Assembly (NCBI GenBank): GCA_965112735.1
Contig: OZ218952.1
Span: forward strand, 1-64,000
Length of the DNA stretch: 64,000 nt
Source: Phaeosaccion multiseriatum
Taxonomy: Eukaryota > Protista > Ochrophyta, other classes
Direction: 5' to 3'
Below, in pieces: positions 18,335-30,449 of the stretch. Under the pieces are notes generated by a model that did not search any database, had not been told where the DNA came from, and worked only from the letters and a program-made list of their open reading frames with translations. The translations under genes and the position numbers were made by a program. The stretch's first letter is position 1, and every line of letters begins with the position of its first letter.

Positions 18335-19177
18335 CCGCTGTACCAGCTGAACAATACAACGAATGCAAAACACCTCGGTGCTGCGGTCCCGAAAAACGAA
18401 CAAGTCCAATATCTCAAGCGCTGCTGCACCAATCCATCGACCACCGAGCCCGATAGCAAGAGGATAATCCATCCCTACTGCCGCAAGTAAGTCGCGCAAG
18501 CACAGCAAACCACAAGCCCTTTTCTCTCCCATTGCCCACGTTCACACCGCTCACGAGCCCCAACGCCGAAAAATCCATCACCTGCTCCTCTGCATCACAG
18601 ACAGGCCCCAAAATCCACTCCATAGCTGTTGTGAACGACCAATCGGCATGCCTCCGCCGTCGATGGCAGATAAGTAGCCACATTGCTCAATGCCCCAATT
18701 TCCTTCAGCACCGGACGACGGGCATCTCCGCACACCCCGTAGATGGCCACCAAATGCTGCTGTACCTCCCGAAATGCAAGCGCAGTACACTCCCAATGCC
18801 GCCTTCCAATTCCTAATGCCTCCCTTGCATGCTGCGCCCCTCTGTGCTAAAGCTACGAACAGTACAGACAGCTCAGGGGTTTGGGCTAATATATGCCGCG
18901 TCTGTTGCGACGTCGGTGCCCGTATTGATAGTCTCTTTACTGCCCGCTGCCTCAAGCGTGATCTCTTGTCTTGTACTTGGCAGTCTACAGGTCCCTTCGT
19001 TGCCACCTGGCACTTTCGGGACTCTCAGGTACGTTGAGGCGGGAACTCTCTTTAGGACCGTTCTTATTTCTATAACCCCAGAACGTCCACCCGGAAACCC
19101 CAGGCGAGATGGTCCCTTATCACACTACCCCCAAGCGACAGTCCGAGTCACTCGAGTGCTATAGTACCTGGTGTCTA

Positions 19178-20385
19178 CTACTTTCTTTTCTTCTTAGAAC
19201 CACTGTCGCGTGATCCGCGTCTCTTGCGGGTCGCTGACTGTGCTCTCTGTGTTGACTGCTTGTCTGCAATCCCTTTGAGGTAGGCTCGGACTGCGCTGAC
19301 TTTCTGCTTGTCCGGGTGACCATCCAGGTATTGATTGAACTGCCTGGGGATGTCTGCCATCATAACCTCCACTGGCTCTTCGCTGTTCTCCAGCACCTCG
19401 AACCCTTTCCACTTGACTAACACATGCCATGTGTCGTCAGCGTGTTGTACTACCCCCAGAAACTTGTCTACAACAAAGTCTCGTGTGGTGTACGAAATCT
19501 GCTTCAGTACCTCCGTCGTGAGACCGACATCAGCGTCACAATAGTACCTCAGCCTGCTGATGTGAGCATCAAAGACTCGCTTCTTGCCCACTAGCTCCTC
19601 AACAGTGTATACATGCTTCTCAAGAGCCTTGACTACACGACACGGTCCCTCCCACTTGCCAATGACCTTGCTAGTGGGCCCAACAGTCGCTACTGTCACG
19701 TACACACCTTCCTGAAAGAGGGTCTCGCTGTTCAACTGACGCTGGCGCTCAAGGTCTCGCCTATGCTCAGCACCACGCCGACTCTTCAAGAGCTGCTCGT
19801 TGATGCTGTTGCGCTTCTGGTCACGTACAGTGGCCAGATGCTCAGCTGCTACCCTGCGTTTCTCCTCCTTCAACTGATGGAGCTCCGTCGCCAGCCTGTC
19901 AATCTGCGGCTGCGACAACTGTCGAAGCTCTACTCCCTTAGCCTGGTCTGCTGCATGCACCAAAATTGTGCTCAGCGGCCCCACCGGCTTGTTCCCTGAG
20001 TGAAGCTCAATCGGGGACATGTTGGAGCGGCTACTCTTGCTGGTGCTGTTCTCAATGGACTCCATGACGGGCAACAACTGTGGCCACGTCTCTGGCGGCT
20101 GCCTCAGCTCTGACATGAGCGCTTGCATAATCTTCTGTAAAGTCTGCACTCCTCGCTCCGCCAAGGCCCTGCTGTATGGGTTGTGTGCCACCACAAAGTG
20201 ATGATGACACCGTAACAGCTGCCGCAGCTCGTCCATCACCTCGTTCAAGAAGTGAGCACCTCTATCACTCATCCACCGCTGGACGATTCCATGCTGCGCG
20301 AACCATCGCAGCAGAGCACGGGCACATCCCTTCGCAGTAGCTTCATAGCACGGCTCGTACATCGTCAGAGACGAGAAGTCATCCA
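19178..20385 (-). pseudogene. pol: G2 integrase core (partial), GPY/F region and chromodomain
   Basis: DDFS...SDRG...AER; KWEGPC; FVVDKF...VKWKGF...NSEEP. The zinc finger and first catalytic Asp are deleted. Confidence 0.92.
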
Positions 20386-22544
20386 CTGTACTCGCACGAA
20401 GCAATCGGTCGTCGCCAGCTGGAGATAGGAAAAGTACTCGGCCATACTTCCCACCTCCTTGCTCTGGTCCGGCAGACTAAGCAAAGCCGCAGCCTGAATG
20501 GCCGCGATCTCAAGTGCAGAGGGCCACAGGAAGTCGTCACACAATATGTCAAACACTTGCATTGGCCCAAACTTGCGCAACGTCAGCACCTTAGGCACCA
20601 CAGCTGCACTGCACTTATCACGCCACCGACTAAGAATATCTGCGCACGTATGGCGCTCGCCCGGAATGTGCTCAAGGGTGTCATCAAAGAGCTCACGGGC
20701 TCCACCTTGGCAGGTGAATCTGGGCACAACAGCTTGTTGCGCCACACACGATGCTTCAAAAGAGCCTTCATCATCGGCTCTCTCAACTTGGCGGGGAAGT
20801 CATTCTCCCTCACCGTTCTGTCTACTTCACCCCTTAACCGACTGCGCAGCTCCTCCATAGAGGGTGCCTGCCCAGCTTCGAGGCTGTTGGATGAAATCAA
20901 TGACACTGTCATACTTGTCCACTACTTCATTAGTTACTTGGTGAGAGCCTATCGCTCCCACCCTCGGGACTTCTGTGTCACTCACCACCGGGAAGAGGTC
21001 ATCCTCCGGCAGTGTAGGGCTCTCGGAATGGAAGCTCATCACTCGCGCGGCGCTCGAACCGTAAGGCTCTTGCTCCTTCTCTACAAGGGCGCGCCCACGC
21101 TCAGCCTCCAACACCTCCTCAACCCTCTTGACATTGAACTTCTGTCGTCACTGTCGCATACGGCATCTCAAACTCTAAGTGAATGCCCATCACCGCTTGG
21201 CTGGTCTCTGCCAAGCCGTTGGCGGTCTTGACCGTAACAGGCTCACACGCCTTTATCCTGGCCCTTAGCTTCTCCACACAGAGCTTCGCAATCTCCGGTG
21301 TGGTGCAAGCCGCAAAGTCATTCCCACTATCCCATATGAAAGGTATCCTCATGAGGGCAGGTACTTCCACCATCTCCGGCTCTGTCTCGCCTCGAATGGT
21401 CACAGCGCCTCGATCACCTACTGTGTTCACGGCCACTGTCTAGTCCGAAAACTCCTCTACTGAGGCAGTCCTTGGACGATTGCCAGGGGTTAGCTTCTGC
21501 TTCCAAATAGCCTTCTTCTGGGCTCTAGTGGTTGTTTTGCAATCGCTCAAGCCATGTCCAGGCTTTCCACACCCAAAGCACAATCGGCCAGAGCTCTCTT
21601 GGTCTGAGGCACTGCCTCCACCCTTGGCTCCCGACTCTTCCCCTTCCTTGGCACTACCACTGACCTGAGCGTCAGCGGCCTTGGCAGCTGCAGTATCACT
21701 GTTCGGCTGCTGCCGCAACGCGCGGTAATCTTCACCTCTCTTGCGTTTCTTGTCATGGCGACGTGGTTCACGCACCGAATCTTGCTTTCTGTCCTCTTCT
21801 CCTCCTTCTTCTCCTCCTGCACCCCCGTTGAGCTTGTTCGTTTTTTGCTCCAGGGAAGACTGCTGAGAGAGGAAGATTGATACTACGGACCATGGCGCGT
21901 GTCTCATGAAACTTAGTCATGACTTCCACCACCGACTTGAACCAACCACTATAGTCTTTGTGCCAGTCCGTCGGCCTAGACTGCTCGTGGTTCACTACTA
22001 CTGCATGCATGCCGACATCAGCACGCTTGATCACTGTCTTGAAAGCAATCATCGCAGCCTTGGCAGTAGCTCCTGATTGGGGCTTGCCGTAATCATCATC
22101 GTTTGTCTCAACGTCCCACTCCATGGATTTGAACAGAGGGGTTTTCTTCGCTCGGAGCAGAAACTCCGCATGCGAGTACTTAATGGCCTCCGAAAGCTCT
22201 CCACTCGTCAACTTGTCGCTGATGTTCAGCTGCACAGACTGAGCAATGCCCTTCCATGTGACCTCGCCCTTTTGCCCGGAGGTCTTGATGAAATTCTCCA
22301 AGTAACCAAGGATATCTTCGCTCGTCAAGGTGACCTCTATCTTACCCCAGAACGCAGCAATCTGAGCCCGCAGGACCTCATCCACCAGCGTACTCATTGC
22401 TGGGATACGGCTTGCTTGGTTGATACCCTTCATGCGAGCTTTTCCAGCTTTCCAGTTGTAGACGAAATCCTGAACATTGTCCGCTCTCAGAGCCCCTTCC
22501 AACTTCTTGAACTCCGACAATACCGTGTTGGTGGAGTCCACCAT
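20386..22544 (-). pseudogene. gag: G2 gag and protease with frameshifts; RT and most of RNase H deleted
   Basis: MVDSTNTV start at 22544; CFGCGKPGHGLSDC; FIWDSG. Jumps from PAKVEP directly to the RNase H end (EHIPGERH). Confidence 0.9.
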
Positions 22545-22940
22545 GTTGCTCTCTTCTCTCTCGCTGCTGCGAAGCCTCCGCTGATATTTCCCGCAGATTG
22601 CTCCGCTGCTGCGAAAAACTTCACATCACGCCTTGTAAATGCGAGAACTAGTTCTGTGCTAAAGCTACGAACAGTACAGACAGCTCAGGGGTTTGGGCTA
22701 ATATATGCCGCGTCTGTTGCGACGTCGGTGCCCGTATTGATAGTCTCTTTACTGCCCGCTGCCTCAAGCGTGATCTCTTGTCTTGTACTTGGCAGTCTAC
22801 AGGTCCCTTCGTTGCCACCTGGCACTTTCGGGACTCTCAGGTACGTTGAGGCGGGAACTCTCTTTAGGACCGTTCTTATTTCTATAACCCCAGAACGTCC
22901 ACCCGGAAACCCCAGGCGAGATGGTCCCTTATCACACCTC

Positions 22941-24003
22941 CTGTCGCTCTTCGCTTCGCTGTTCTGGCCACAGGTTCAATATCCGCTCCATACGCAAACT
23001 CAAGGCGCCAACCACCATCAAAGTGCTCCCCGGTTCCTTCCAACAGCCCGAATAGCTGCCTTCGTATCCATGCTGTCACCGCTGATGCTCGTACTAACTG
23101 CCTTGCTGTTGCTGCTTGTCCTGAGAGCCCAATTGCACCACTGCTGCCGTCCTTCTCTCGCGCAAAAACTCTCCAGGGGCGAGGAAGATGAACACAATGC
23201 CACATTCCGGCTATCCTTTTGCGACTAATGCACTCACTCCCACTACCCTCGCTGGCCATGCTCCCGTGCGGCCCGTGTGCATCGATAGTAGGCTGGGGCA
23301 AATCACTTATTGCTGTTGCTGTAGCGTTGCTGCTAAATTCCGCTTCTCCAAGCGGGGCTGTCTCTATGGTTATATCCGTTGCGCCAAGCGGGGCGTTCTC
23401 TATGGCTGTATCCGCTTCTCCAAGCGGGGCGATCTCTATGGCTTTATCCGCTTCTCCAAGCGGGGCGTTCTCGATGGCTTTATCCGCTTCTCCAAGCGGG
23501 GCGTCGGCGTGTTCTATGGCAATTTCCGCTGCTCCAAGCGGGGCGTCGGCGTTCTCTACGGCAAGTTCCGCTGTTCCAAGCGGGGCGTCGGCGTTCTCTA
23601 CGGCTATGTCCGCATCTCCAAGCGTGGCTTCCTCTCCCTCAATTTCCAAAATACTTCGCTCCATTGCGATTCCTGTTGCTTCCCCGCCCTCGTCCGCCTT
23701 AGACGGAGCGTAAAAGCTATGCATGTCCAGTGCCTCATCACAAGACAGCGATGCTGGCGTATCCCCATGCTGTGCTACTCTCTGCGAACACAAAGCCTTT
23801 CTTCGGTCCTCACGCAACGACTCTGCATTTGTCTGTTGCATCCACTGTTCCACGAACTGCATAGACAGCTGATGCAACCGCAATACATGCTGCTGAAACC
23901 AAAGCTGGTCATCACTGCTACGAGGAGAATCCAATCCAACCATCCTGCTGTGCAATCGCCATCGTTCTAGTCTTTGTCTGCTACAGCCACGCAACACCAA
24001 CAA
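22941..24003 (-). pseudogene. W internal ORF of unknown function, split by the G2 insertion
   Basis: Open frame starting right after the PBS, with acidic repeats. Continues in frame at 18838-18595 once G2 is removed. Confidence 0.4.
23335..23625 (-). repeat. 36/42-bp minisatellite (ENADAPLGEADIAI-like)
   Basis: About 8 units containing CCAAGCG. Confidence 0.92.
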
Positions 24004-24010
24004 AAGGAAA

Positions 24011-24028
24011 ATCCCTCAGTTTCCACCA
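24011..24028 (-). promoter_or_regulatory. Primer-binding site of W (tRNA-Ala-type)
   Basis: TGGTGGA begins 3 nt after the LTR and is complementary to a tRNA ending UCCA-CCA, the acceptor end typical of tRNA-Ala (G3-U70, A73). Confidence 0.7.
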
Positions 24029-24242
24029 AGTTGAGCTACCTGGGATGTGGGACAGACCACACACTCCAGACAACCAACAAGCAAAGGGATTCTTATCCTA
24101 TGTTGAGCGTGTATTAGCTTCCTTCTTCTATCTCTCTTCCCTATCTATCCTCCTCCTGCGACATGCCGTTCATATGAGGCGTACGTTCCCCAACTGGCCA
24201 CAATCCGGATTCGAACATACCAAACACCTTTGAGACTCCACA

Positions 24243-25843
24243 CAGATTGGGCCATTTGAGCCCATCCAAGGCCCCACTTGGCACTATTGGGCCTGTTGTG
24301 CTGAGCCAATGCCCGGCGTGAGCATGTTGTGGCCAGCTAACGCGTCGTTCGGGCTGTGTGCGCCCCACAAATGCCGGCTTTAGGCTTTTTTTATCCCAGC
24401 ACAGAGCCAGATTGGGCCATTTGAGCCCATCCAAGGCCCCACTTGGCGCTGTTGGGGCAATGCAGTATCTCAGTTGGGCCTGTTGTGCTGAGCCAATGCC
24501 CGGCGTGAGCATGTTGTGGCCAGCAAACGCGTCGTTCGGGCTGTGTGCGCCCCACAAATGCCGGCTTTAGGCCTTTTTGATCCCAGCACAGAGCCAGATT
24601 GGGCCATTTGAGCCCATCCAAGGCCCCACTTGGCGCTGTTGGGGCAATGCAGTATCTCAGTTGGGCCTGTTGTGCTGAGCCAATGCCCGGCGTGAGCATG
24701 TTGTGGCCAGCAAACGCGTCGTTCGGGCTGTGTGCGCCCCACAAATGCCGGCTTTAGGCTTTTTTGATCCCAGCACAGAGCCAGATTGGGCCATTTGAGC
24801 CCATCCAAGGCCCCACTTGGCACTATTGGGCCTGTTGTGCTGAGCCAATGCCCGGCGTGAGCATGTTGTGGCCAACAAACGCGTCGTTCGGGCTGTGTGC
24901 GCCCACAAATGCCGGCTTTAGGCTTTTTTGATCCCAGCACAGAGCCAGATTGGGCCATTTGAGCCCATCCAAGGCCCCACTTGGCGCTGTTGGGGCAATG
25001 CAGTATCTCAGTTGGGCCTGTTGTGCTGAGCCAATGCCCGGCGTGAGCATGTTGTGGCCAGCAAACGCGTCGTTCGGGCTGTGTGCGCCCCACAAATGCC
25101 GGCTTTAGGCTTTTTTATCCCAGCACAGAGCCAGATTGGGCCATTTGAGCCCATCCAAGGCCCCACTTGGCGCTGTTGGGGCAATGCAGTATCTCAGTTG
25201 GGCCTGTTGTGCTGAGCCAATGCCCGGCGTGAGCATGTTGTGGCCAGCAAACGCGTCGTTCGGGCTGTGTGCGCCCCACAAATGCCGGCTTTAGGCTTTT
25301 TTGATCCCAGCACAGAGCCAGATTGGGCCATTTGAGCCCATCCAAGGCCCCACTTGGCGCTGTTGGGGCAATGCAGTATCTCCGTTGGGCCTGTTGTGCT
25401 GAGCCAATGCCCGGCGTGAGCATGTTGTGGCCAGCTAACGCGTCGTTCGGGCTGTGTGCGCCCCACAAATGCCGGCTTTAGGCTTTTTTTATCCCAGCAC
25501 AGAGCCAGATTGGGCCATTTGAGCCCATCCAAGGCCCCACTTGGCGCTGTTGGGGCAATGCAGTATCTCAGTTGGGCCTGTTGTGCTGAGCCAATGCCCG
25601 GCGTGAGCATGTTGTGGCCAGCAAACGCGTCGTTCGGGCTGTGTGCGCCCCACAAATGCCGGCTTTAGGCTTTTTTGATCCCAGCACAGAGCCAGATTGG
25701 GCCATTTGAGCCCATCCAAGGCCCCACTTGGCGCTGTTGGGGCAATGCAGTATCTCAGTTGGGCCTGTTGTGCTGAGCCAATGCCCGGCGTGACCATGTT
25801 GTGGCCAGCTAACGCGTCGTTCGGGCTGTGTGCGCCCCACAAA
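24243..25843 (+). repeat. 187-bp satellite block S2
   Basis: About 9 monomers, two of them the 165-bp variant. Confidence 0.98.
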
Positions 25844-28800
25844 AGCCTGTTCAGCAGCGCAGCAACGGAACTTTGTTTCTCGCGGAACAGAGACGAGGAC
25901 GAGGTGGGAGACATGGGAGCCAGCAGGGCGAAGCGTCAGCGTAGGTGCTTGGTACCGCCCCAAGGGGGGGGTCCCCTCTGGGGAGATGTACAGTATGTCA
26001 GTGAAGCAGGGAATTTAGATTTTTCAGAAGAGGAGAGACCTTGGCGTGTGCTGTCACTTACTGAGGCGGCGGAGACAGAGCCCAGGAAGAGTGGAACACA
26101 CTGTCAAGGAGGAGAGTAGATACTGGTGTGGTGGAAAGCGAGCCTCTTGTCCTGGGCCCGGACAGAGCGCTTGTGTTGGCCAAGGGGATCCGCCTGGTGT
26201 TGCGAGCCGGGATCCTCGTGGAAGAGGGAGGAAGAGCTAGGGAGACTGTGTCTGGTGTTGCGTGCCGACAGTCTCCACGGTGTTGCGTGCCGGAACTCTT
26301 CTTTTCTTTCCTTTGCCGGTGTTGCGGGGCTCTATGGCTTGGGACAAGCGGTGTCTGGTGTTGCGTGCCGACCGCCTCCACGGTGTTGCGTGCCGGCGCC
26401 TTTTGCCCTCTGCGCCCTTTCTTCCTTGCTGGTATCGCCGTAGGATCCGCGTCCGGTGTTGAGGCCGACGCCCTACTCATCTCTCCGCCCTCTCCTCTCT
26501 CCCGTGGCCCAAGGTTTGGGGGGGGTGGTCCACGGCATTTTTTGTCTTTTTGCGAGGCGAAAGGGGCTCCCGGGTGACGGCAGGCCCCTTAGCTCTTCCA
26601 GGTGTCTGTCTGTATGTTTGTGTGTGTATGTTTCGACGGTGTTTCTGTGTGTAGGGTGCGTATTTCCTGTGTTTGGCGTGCGAATAAGGGCCTCCTCCAC
26701 AAAGGAGGCTGGCTCTGCGCGCGGTGACAACAGCGGCTCATCCCTCGCCATTCCGGCCCTCAGCGGCGGGCGGGGCAGTCCCAAGCAACAGCAGCCGTGG
26801 TCACTGCCCCTACACACGATGTGTGTTTGTATCTGTGTGTGCTGGTCTGCGTCTGTGTGTGCTAGTGTGCGTTTGTGGGTCCTGGTGTCCCTGTATTGTG
26901 CCTTTGTCTATGTCTGTGTGCCTGTGAATGTTTGTGTACGTCTGCGTGTTTAAGTGTACCTCCCTTGTTGTTGGAGTGTCTCCCACCTACAACAGCAGTA
27001 TGGCCAGAAGGAGGCGTACGTGGTCGCCACTGGGCTTGCCTGCAGTCTCTCTGGATGGGTGGGGGCGTAGCTGACCTTCGATACGGGAGCTCGCACGGCT
27101 CACCTCCGGCAGCTACATCCGAGAGACATATCGGGCCGAGGAGCGGCGAAGGGAAGGAGACGGACTACAGCTGTACCTCCCTCACCATCTCGAACGCATG
27201 GGAAGGGGAGGGGGGGGGTCCGATGGAGGCTCAGCTCTCAGGACAAACAGCAACCGCCAGGCAGTTAGTACGAGCGTCAAAGGTGGCAGCATGGATGCGA
27301 AGGCACGCTGCTTCAGCAGCGAAGCCACGGAAGTTCCGTTCTCGCGGAGTGGAGTCGACGGAGAAACAGGGTATTGAGAGCCGAGGGGAGGTGGAGCGTG
27401 AGCGCGTGTGTGGACCCCGAGGGAGCTGGTAGGATAGAATATATTTATGGCAGCAGATGGAAAACAACGGATTTGGATTTTCCGCTGGAGCTCAGAAGAG
27501 GAGGAGCCCTGCTGTACTCGCCACCCTACCGTGATTGAAGGAGATAGAGAGCAGGTGCGGGAGCGTGTACAAGCAGGGAGGAGAGTAGAGACCGATGGTG
27601 TAGGAAAGCAAGGATCGCAGTAGGGCCCGACTGCTTCTCTTGTGAGGGTGAAGGTGCTGTGTGCTTACTTGTGTCATGCTAACTGTCGCAAACACAAGAG
27701 GTGCCCCCAATGCTAACTGTCGCAAGGGCTTGCGCTACGCACACGCATCTAGTAGAAGTTTGAGAACCTTGGCCTGACCCGCTAGCAAGATGGTGCTCTC
27801 GTCTAGCCAAAGGTTTTTTCTTTCTTCTCTCGCCGGTGACGGGGCTTCCACGTTAGCTCGTCGCCCTTTCCTCTCCATTAGTTTCGCGGGGTCCGTCCAC
27901 CCCAGCCTCTCCGTCTCCTCCCTTCCCCAGCCCGCCTGGTTGTGGCGTCGCTGCGGCGGTGGCGTCTCTTTTCGGTTGGGGGGTGAAAGATCCTCCCGCC
28001 TTGGCTGGTCCTGATGGTCATGAGAGCCCCGCGTATCGTATTGGACGGAGATGCCGCAGCTGAGAGCCCCACGTATCGACGATCGTATCCGACGGAGATG
28101 CAACAGGGCTATTCGGGCTGTTGGAAGGAACCGGAGAGCCCTTTGATGGTGGTTGGCGCCTATAGTTTGCGTGTGGAGCGGATATGGGACCTGTGGCCAT
28201 AACAGCGAACCGATGGGCGACAAGAGAGGCACAGCATACGAGGGAGAATTGGGAATTGGAAGGCGGCATTGGGAGTGCACGGTACTCGCATTTCGGGAGG
28301 TACGGCAGCGTTTGGTGACCGTCTACGGAGTGTACGGCGATGTACGTCGTCCGGTGCTGAAGGAAATTGGGGCATTGAGCAATCAGGCTACTTATCTGTA
28401 ATGGACGGCGGAAGCATGACGTTTGGTCGTTCACCACAGCTATGGAGTGGAAGTCGGGGCCTGCCTGTGATGCAGAAGAGAAGGTGATGGATTTTTCGGC
28501 GTTGGGGCTCGTGAGCGGTGTAAACATGGAGGATGGGAGAGAACAGGGCTTGTGGCTCGCTCTGCTTGCACGACTCACTTGCAGTAGTATGGATGGACTA
28601 CCCTCTTGCTATCGTGCTCGGTGGTCGAGGGATTGATGCCGCCGCGCTTGAGATATTGGACTTGTTCATTTTTCGGGCCCGCAGCACCGAGGCGTTTTGC
28701 ATTCGTTGTATTGCTCAGCTGGTACAGCGGAAGTCCACGGCGGACGGTTGGAATCGCAGCGGAGTGGTCTTGGTACGGCGTGTGCAGAAGGGTAACTTCT

Positions 28801-29203
28801 ACGAGTTGATGTTCGAAGAGCTTGGAGCGGAAACATGAGCGCTTCTGTGAGGGCATTTTCGGCTTTTCTACAGGGGTTGGATATATGGACACTTTTGGAT
28901 CTGTGATTCCGGAAAGAATCCGAATTTGCTGGTTTGGGCGCGCTTTGCTGCTTCCACCAGCCGTGCCAGAGGACTGCGCAGTGTATTTCGCTCAGTGGCT
29001 CGCCTCCCCCCCAGCACACCATCCCAAGCGAGTGGGGGGTGTGTGATGGTCAGCAGGGGACGTGCGAAGGGACCTCTTCAAAGGACACTGACTCTGCCCG
29101 TGGCGACACCAGCGGCTACTCCCTCGCCATCATTCCTCCCCCAGCAGCGGGGAGCGCAGCCCTTGGCAACAGCACCAGCAGCCCTACACCGGTACACGCG
29201 GCG
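25842..29203 (+). mobile_element. Family Z non-autonomous split-repeat element, copy 1 (3'-truncated)
   Basis: Starts AAAGCCTGTTCAGCAGCG and is colinear with the inverted copy at 30449-34096. Ends by CG microhomology into satellite. Confidence 0.88.
27306..28107 (+). mobile_element. Truncated X insertion (A1 plus about 290 bp) inside Z copy 1
   Basis: Matches roughly 37172-37967. The empty site AAGGCA|GCTATT is intact in Z copy 2. Confidence 0.95.
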
Positions 29204-30449
29204 CGTCGTTCGGGCTGTGTGCGCCCCACAAATGCCGGCTTTAGGCTTTTTTGATCCCAGCACAGAGCCAGATTGGGCCATTTGAGCCCATCCAAGGCCC
29301 CACTTGGCGCTGTTGGGGCAATGCAGTATCTCAGTTGGGCCTGTTGTGCTGAGCCAATGCCCGGCGTGAGCATGTTGTGGCCAGCAAACGCGTCGTTCGG
29401 GCTGTGTGCGCCCCACAAATGCCGGCTTTAGGCTTTTTTTATCCCAGCACAGAGCCAGATTGGGCCATTTGAGCCCATCCAAGGCCCCACTTGGCGCTGT
29501 TGGGGCAATGCAGTATCTCAGTTGGGCCTGTTGTGCTGAGCCAATGCCCGGCGTGACCATGTTGTGGCCAGCTAACGCGTCGTTCGGGCTGTGTGCGCCC
29601 CACAAATGCCGGCTTTAGGCTTTTTTGATCCCAGCACAGAGCCAGATTGGGCCATTTGAGCCCATCCAAGGCCCCACTTGGCGCTGTTGGGGCAATGCAG
29701 TATCTCAGTTGGGCCTGTTGTGCTGAGCCAATGCCCGGCGTGAGCATGTTGTGGCCAGCTAACGCGTCGTTCGGGCTGTGTGCGCCCCACAAATGCCGGC
29801 TTTAGGCTTTTTTGATCCCAGCACAGAGCCAGATTGGGCCATTTGAGCCCATCCAAGGCCCCACTTGGCGCTGTTGGGGCAATGCAGTATCTCAGTTGGG
29901 CCTGTTGTGCTGAGCCAATGCCCGGCGTGAGCATGTTGTGGCCAGCTAACGCGTCGTTCGGGCTGTGTGCGCCCCACAAATGCCGGCTTTAGGCTTTTTT
30001 GATCCCAGCACAGAGCCAGATTGGGCCATTTGAGCCCATCCAAGGCCCCACTTGGCGCTGTTGGGGCAATGCAGTATCTCAGTTGGGCCTGTTGTGCTGA
30101 GCCAATGCCCGGCGTGAGCATGTTGTGGCCAGCAAACGCGTCGTTCGGGCTGTGTGCGCCCCACAAATGCCGGCTTTAGGCTTTTTGATCCCAGCACAGA
30201 GCCAGATTGGGCCATTTGAGCCCATCCAAGGCCCCACTTGGCGCTGTTGGGGCAATGCAGTATCTCAGTTGGGCCTGTTGTGCTGAGCCAATGCCCGGCG
30301 TGAGCATGTTGTGGCCAGCTAACGCGTCGTTCGGGCTGTGTGCGCCCCACAAATGCCGGCTTTAGGCTTTTTTGATCCCAGCACAGAGCCAGATTGGGCC
30401 ATTTGAGCCCATCCAAGGCCCCACTTGGCGCTGTTGGGGCAATGCAGTA
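29202..30449 (+). repeat. 187-bp satellite block S3
   Basis: About 6.7 monomers. Confidence 0.98.

Larger units (their letters stand above)
18843..22936 (-). mobile_element. G2 chromovirus, internally deleted copy with both LTRs and 4-bp TSD CCTC
   Basis: LTRs 18843-19124 and 22655-22936 (282 bp, no difference seen). TSD at 18839-18842 and 22937-22940; PPT at 19125-19132. Confidence 0.97.
17039..24242 (-). mobile_element. Non-autonomous LTR retrotransposon W (LARD-like) with nested solo W LTR and G2 copy
   Basis: LTRs 24032-24242 and 17039-17249 (211 bp, 4 differences seen). PBS TGGTGGAAACTGAGGGAT after the 5' LTR; PPT G9AAG before the 3' LTR. No gag/pol of its own recognised. Confidence 0.88.
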
